Shown: positions 59,701 to 64,000 of the stretch, one piece after another
Numbering within the stretch: the first letter of the stretch is position 1
Layout of the letters: every line of letters starts with the position of its first letter
Assembly (NCBI GenBank): GCA_030264375.1
Contig: JASCQW010000128.1
Location: 9,446,081-9,510,080, forward strand
Source of the DNA: Carcharhinus longimanus
Lineage: Eukaryota
Length of the DNA stretch: 64,000 bases
Direction of reading: 5' to 3'
Position numbers and translations under genes: made by a program
Notes under the pieces: model-generated
What the model was told of the DNA's origin: nothing
The model's input: the letters and a program-made list of their open reading frames with translations, nothing else
Databases searched by the model: none

Positions 59701-60718
59701 CAATCTTCAGCTCTTAACGGCTGGGCAGTGCAAGTCCAACTTTTGCCCATGTCAACAATCAGAAAAGTGCACCACTGACAGGTTTACTCATCAACAAAAA
59801 CATTTACAAGACAGACATCTTATTACTTGAACATTGAGCCAAACTATGATGGCTGACATCAGAGCAGTTGCCCAGCTAGATTACACATGCGAGGTGAATT
59901 TAGTATGAAGCACCAAACTATCCCGAGCCAACAACCCTATCAGGCATTAATTCAATGCTATCTCACCATCAGCTCAGTAACTCTGCCACACCAGTTCCAC
60001 AAAGGGATCATTGTATAAGTAAATGGAAATCTTATTGTGCCTCAGTTCCTGGTATTTGTACCTACGTGTTATAATGGTCTAGCAAACCTGAGTCCTTTGA
60101 ATAGCTGCTTCAGCTATTGCCCAAATGATAATTATTGCAAACTAAATATTGATGCCTTGTTATTCTGGGTTACACACTGTAATCTAATATTAACTTATAC
60201 AGTTAAATGCCAATTTAACAGATTAAGTACAGGTCAGTCAATTTATTTATTCTGCATTACCTGGAAAACTTGGTGCGATTTATTTTCCAAAACATGATCA
60301 AGTATCAGCAACGTCAACTTTCTATAGACAACATAAACCACATGATCTAGTCTAAGATATATTTTACAATGCGAAGGATGAAGTGAACAGTTAGACTGAT
60401 TTATCCTGAACTTTTTTGTAGAAGGTATATATTTTTGAAATAACAGCACTTTCAGATTTGTGAGCCCACCAATTGTGGCAAGTTATTTCCAAGCACCAAC
60501 AGGCAAGTGGGAAAAGAAAACAACATTCCCAATCATAAGTTGCCCACCCTTCAACAAAGTGCCTTTAGGATTGATGTCAGCTGTAGTGAGTCTCACCCTT
60601 GACTCAGAAAGGGTGTAGATTCAGTCTCACTTGAGAGACTTCAGCACCAACTCTAGTCAGAGGTGCTTTTTTTAGATAGACCGTTAAGTCGAGACCCTCT
60701 CACATGGATACAAAAGAT

Positions 60719-62167
60719 GTGATTTATTATTGTCACATGTATTAGTATACAGTGAAAAGCATTGTTTCTAGCACACTATACAGACAATGCATACTGTTCA
60801 CAGAGAAGGAAAGGAGAGGGTGCAGAATGTAGTGTTACAGTCATAACTAAGGTGTAGAGAAAGGTCAACTTAGTGCAAGGTAGGTCCATTTAAAAATCTG
60901 ATGGCAACAGGGAAGAAGCTGTTCTTGAGTCAGTTGGCATGCATCCTCACACTTCTGTATCTTTTTCCTGATGGAAGAAGGTGGAAAAGAGTACGTCTAG
61001 AGTGTGTGGGGTCCTTAATTATGCTGGCTGCTTTTCCAAGGCAATGGGAAGTGTAGACAGAGTCAATGGGTGGGAGGCTGGTTTGAATGATGGGCTGGGC
61101 TTCATGACCCTTTGTAGTTTTTTACAGTCTTGGACAGAGCAGGAGCCATTCCAAGCTGTGAGACAATCAGAAAGGATGCTTTCTATAGTGTATCTGTAAA
61201 AGTTGGTCAGAGTTGTAGTGGATATGCCAAATTTCCTTAATCTTCTGAGAAAGTAGAGGTGTTGTGGGCTTTCTTAACTATAGTGTCAGCATGGGGGGGG
61301 ATCAGGACAGGATGCTGGTGATCTGGACACCTAAAAATGTGAAGTTCTCGACCATTTCTACTTCGTCCCCATTGATGTAGGCAGGAGCATGTCCTCCACT
61401 ATGCTTCCTGAAGTCAATGACTATCTCCTTCGTTTTGTTCACATTGAGGGAAAGATTATTGTTGTTGCACCAGTTCACCAAATTCTCTATCTCATTCCTG
61501 TACTCTGTCTCGTCATTGTTTGAGATCTGACCCACTACAGTGATGTCATCAGCAAACTTGAAAATTGAGTTGGAGGGGAATTTGCCCACAGTGTCATAGA
61601 TGTAGATGGGGTGGCATGCTGCAGTGGTTAGCACTGCTACCTCACAGCACTGGCTTGGTTCACTGTCTGTGTGGAGTTTGCACATTCTCCTCGTGTCTGT
61701 GTGGGTTTTCTCCAGTTTCTTTCCACAGTCCAAAAATGTACAGGTTAGGTGCATTGGCCATGCTAAATTTTCCTTCAGTGTATCTGAACAGACACCAGAG
61801 TTTGGTGATTAGGGGATTTTCACAGTAACTTCATTGAAGTGTGAATGTAAGCCTATTTGTGACTAATAAATAAATTTTAAACTTTATGTATAAGTAGGAA
61901 GGGGCTGAGGACACAACGTTGTGGGCACTGGTGTTGAGGATGATCATGGCGGTGGTGTTGTTAACTATCCTTACTGATCGCAATCTGTGGGTTAGGAAGT
62001 TCAGGATCCAGTTGCAGAGGGAGGAGCTGAGCCCCAGGCCATGGAGTTTGGAGATGAGTTTTGTAGGAATAATGGTGTTGAAGGTTGAGCTATAATTGAG
62101 AAATAGGAGACTCACCTAGGTGTCCCTGTTTTTTTTTAGGTGATCCAGATTCTAGATTACCTAGGTG
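60719..62167 (-). mobile_element. Rex1/Babar LINE with 7-bp TSD (aaaagat)
   Basis: ORFs LLFLNYSSTFNTIIPTKLISKL..LCNWILNFLT and SNSIFKFADD.TVVG.ISNNDETEYR...LNVNKTKEIVIDFRK. TSD at 60712-60718 and 62168-62174. Confidence 0.92.
61608..61885 (+). mobile_element. V-SINE tail B nested inside Rex1
   Basis: Head, V-domain and tail B interrupt the Rex1 RT. Possible TSD atgta at 61600 and 61886. Confidence 0.9.
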
Positions 62168-62863
62168 AAAAGATCCCATGCCATTATTCTAAGGAGGGCA
62201 GGTGCATTTTGCCTGTGTCCTGACCAACATTTATCCCTCAACCAGAACCTAAAAACAGATTATCTGTTCGTTACATTGCTCATGGGAACTTGTTGTGTGC
62301 AAATTAGCTGTCCTGCCTCCCACATTAAAACAGTGGCTACACTTCAAGAGTACTTTGTTGGTTGTAAACTGCTTTGGGACATCTGGAAGCTGTGAAAGGC
62401 AACATATAAAATGTAAGTCTGTCTTTCTTTACAATAACTCCTCCAATGACTCACTGGGCAAATAAACAGTCTTTCAGATCAGTTAGTGGGCATCACCAGG
62501 GATGTCATTGTGGATGCTACAATGAAGATTGTGCATCTGATATGGGAAAAACAAAACATTAGCCAGGAATCCTGGTTTTGTGTGGTGCTCAGCTGGAAAT
62601 ATACATCTAACTGGATAGAGCTACACTGCGGTGTAATGGCCCCACTGTTCAATAGTTTGCCCAATAACCAATTTCTACACTCTGGTATGAAACCCTGACA
62701 GTTAGTAGCTGCTAGAATCCAACCTGTCACTCACTTGCTGAGTACAGAGCACCTGTTTTACATTGGGAGATTCATACAGCTTGGTTATTCTTAGGTTGGT
62801 TGCCAATGATTTCTGTGCTTCAGAACAAAGGCTGGCTTATTTCTCTGCCTATTCTCATAAGGA

Positions 62864-63188
62864 TGGCATAGTGGCACAATGGTGAGCACTGCTGCCTCAC
62901 AGCACCAGGGTCCCAGGTTCAATTCCCAGCTTGGGTCACTGTCTGTGTGGATTTTGCACACTCTCCGCACATCTGCTTGGGTTTTCTCTGGGTTTCCTCC
63001 CACAGTACAAAAGATGAGCTTGTTAGATGGATTGGCCATGTTAAATTGCCCCTTGTGTCAGGTGGACCAGCTAAGGTAAATGCATGGAGTTATGGGGATA
63101 GGGTCTGGGTGGGATTGTGGTCGGTGCAGACTTGATGGGCCAAATGGCCTTCTTCTACACTGTAGGGATTCTATGATTCTATTCTATG
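62864..63188 (+). mobile_element. Full-length HE1-like V-SINE, tail A
   Basis: Head, V-domain, and tail ...gggccaaatggccttcttctacactgtagggattctatgattctattctatg. Confidence 0.9.
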
Positions 63189-64000
63189 GTTGCATTGGAC
63201 ACCAAGCTAAGTGGGAGACAACAAACGCTCCCATAAAAGAAAACAAGTATAACCATTGCAGTTGGCTCTTAAATACCCTTAGGGATGTGCAATAAAAGCT
63301 GGCCCAACCAGCAACACCCACATCCCATGAACAAATAAAAAACCTTAGTGCACTGGTTAGCTATCTGTAACTTGTGTTCTGCGCAGTTAAATTCTCCTCC
63401 AAAAAGATGCTTTTTATTTTCCCATCTTTAAGGGAAGACTGAGCCTTCTGACCAGTTACTGATTTTAATGCTGTGCTTATTTCCACTTAAAATCTCCAAA
63501 CCCTTTTTAGCTGTGCCTCCTTTAAATTGCAAATCTCAGTTACAAAAAACTGAGTCACAGAAAGGAAACGGCTTGAAAGTAATTCTCGCAACCAAAGTGG
63601 AATATACTACAATCATGAAGTGCTGCATTTAATGGTATAACATTTCAAACAGGACTAGATTCCAGGTTGGGAAGCTATTGCTTCATACCAATAAGCTCAT
63701 AATCATGTTTAAATTTCAATATGCCCCTACCTTATTACATTTTTGCAGGGGCAGATTTGGAGCAGGGAAAGATGTCTATATTCACCAACTTGTGGGCCCA
63801 GATTCCCACACAGTGAGAAGCTCACTGAAGTGTGTCAGGGTGCCAAATCAGGTGGCATCAAAAGGCCATTCCCTTTGTTTCAAACAACCCATCCTGAAGA
63901 TTTAGGGAACATTGGAAAGCATAATGACTCCTCAACATGCATCACAAAACCATTTCCTCCTGAAGACCTCAGGCACAATGGAGATAATGTCCAGTCATTA

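Larger units (their letters stand above)
60585..62430 (+). mobile_element. Old DeuSINE-like element split by a Rex1 insertion (pieces 60585-60718 and 62168-62430)
   Basis: The two halves join through duplicated aaaagat. The right half has gatcccatgccattatt...cctgaccaacatttatccctcaacc and an L2-like tail ending gtaagtctgtctttcttt. Confidence 0.55.

Noticed and set aside
51020-64000. Search for the penultimate FBXL18 exon (LRR region)
   Set aside because: No matching peptide seen by eye or in the ORF track. It probably lies beyond the window or in a gap.

Overview
Draft-assembly vertebrate genomic DNA with many 100-N gaps. It is almost certainly shark (elasmobranch), judged from HE1-like V-SINEs, HER1/CR1, Rex1/Babar, RTE and Penelope-like repeats. 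The only protein-coding feature I can support is the terminal coding exon of FBXL18 on the minus strand (50863-51019). 51020-64000 is therefore probably its last intron and 1-50862 its 3' UTR plus intergenic DNA. The rest is nested retroelements, minisatellites, small palindromic MITE-like elements and two probable solo LTRs. The most notable observations are: (1) a 298-bp insertion headed by the 5' end of U2 snRNA, with a second internal U2-like copy, an AATAAA/A-rich end and a 9-bp target-site duplication, which is a candidate U2-derived SINE; (2) a V-SINE subfamily whose tail shares a compensated stem-loop with the Rex1/Babar LINE 3' end rather than with CR1/HER1; (3) Penelope-derived minimal hammerhead motifs, one with an intact-looking core on the FBXL18 sense strand. 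Family names come from recalled consensus motifs, not database searches. Repeat boundaries are approximate unless a TSD is given.
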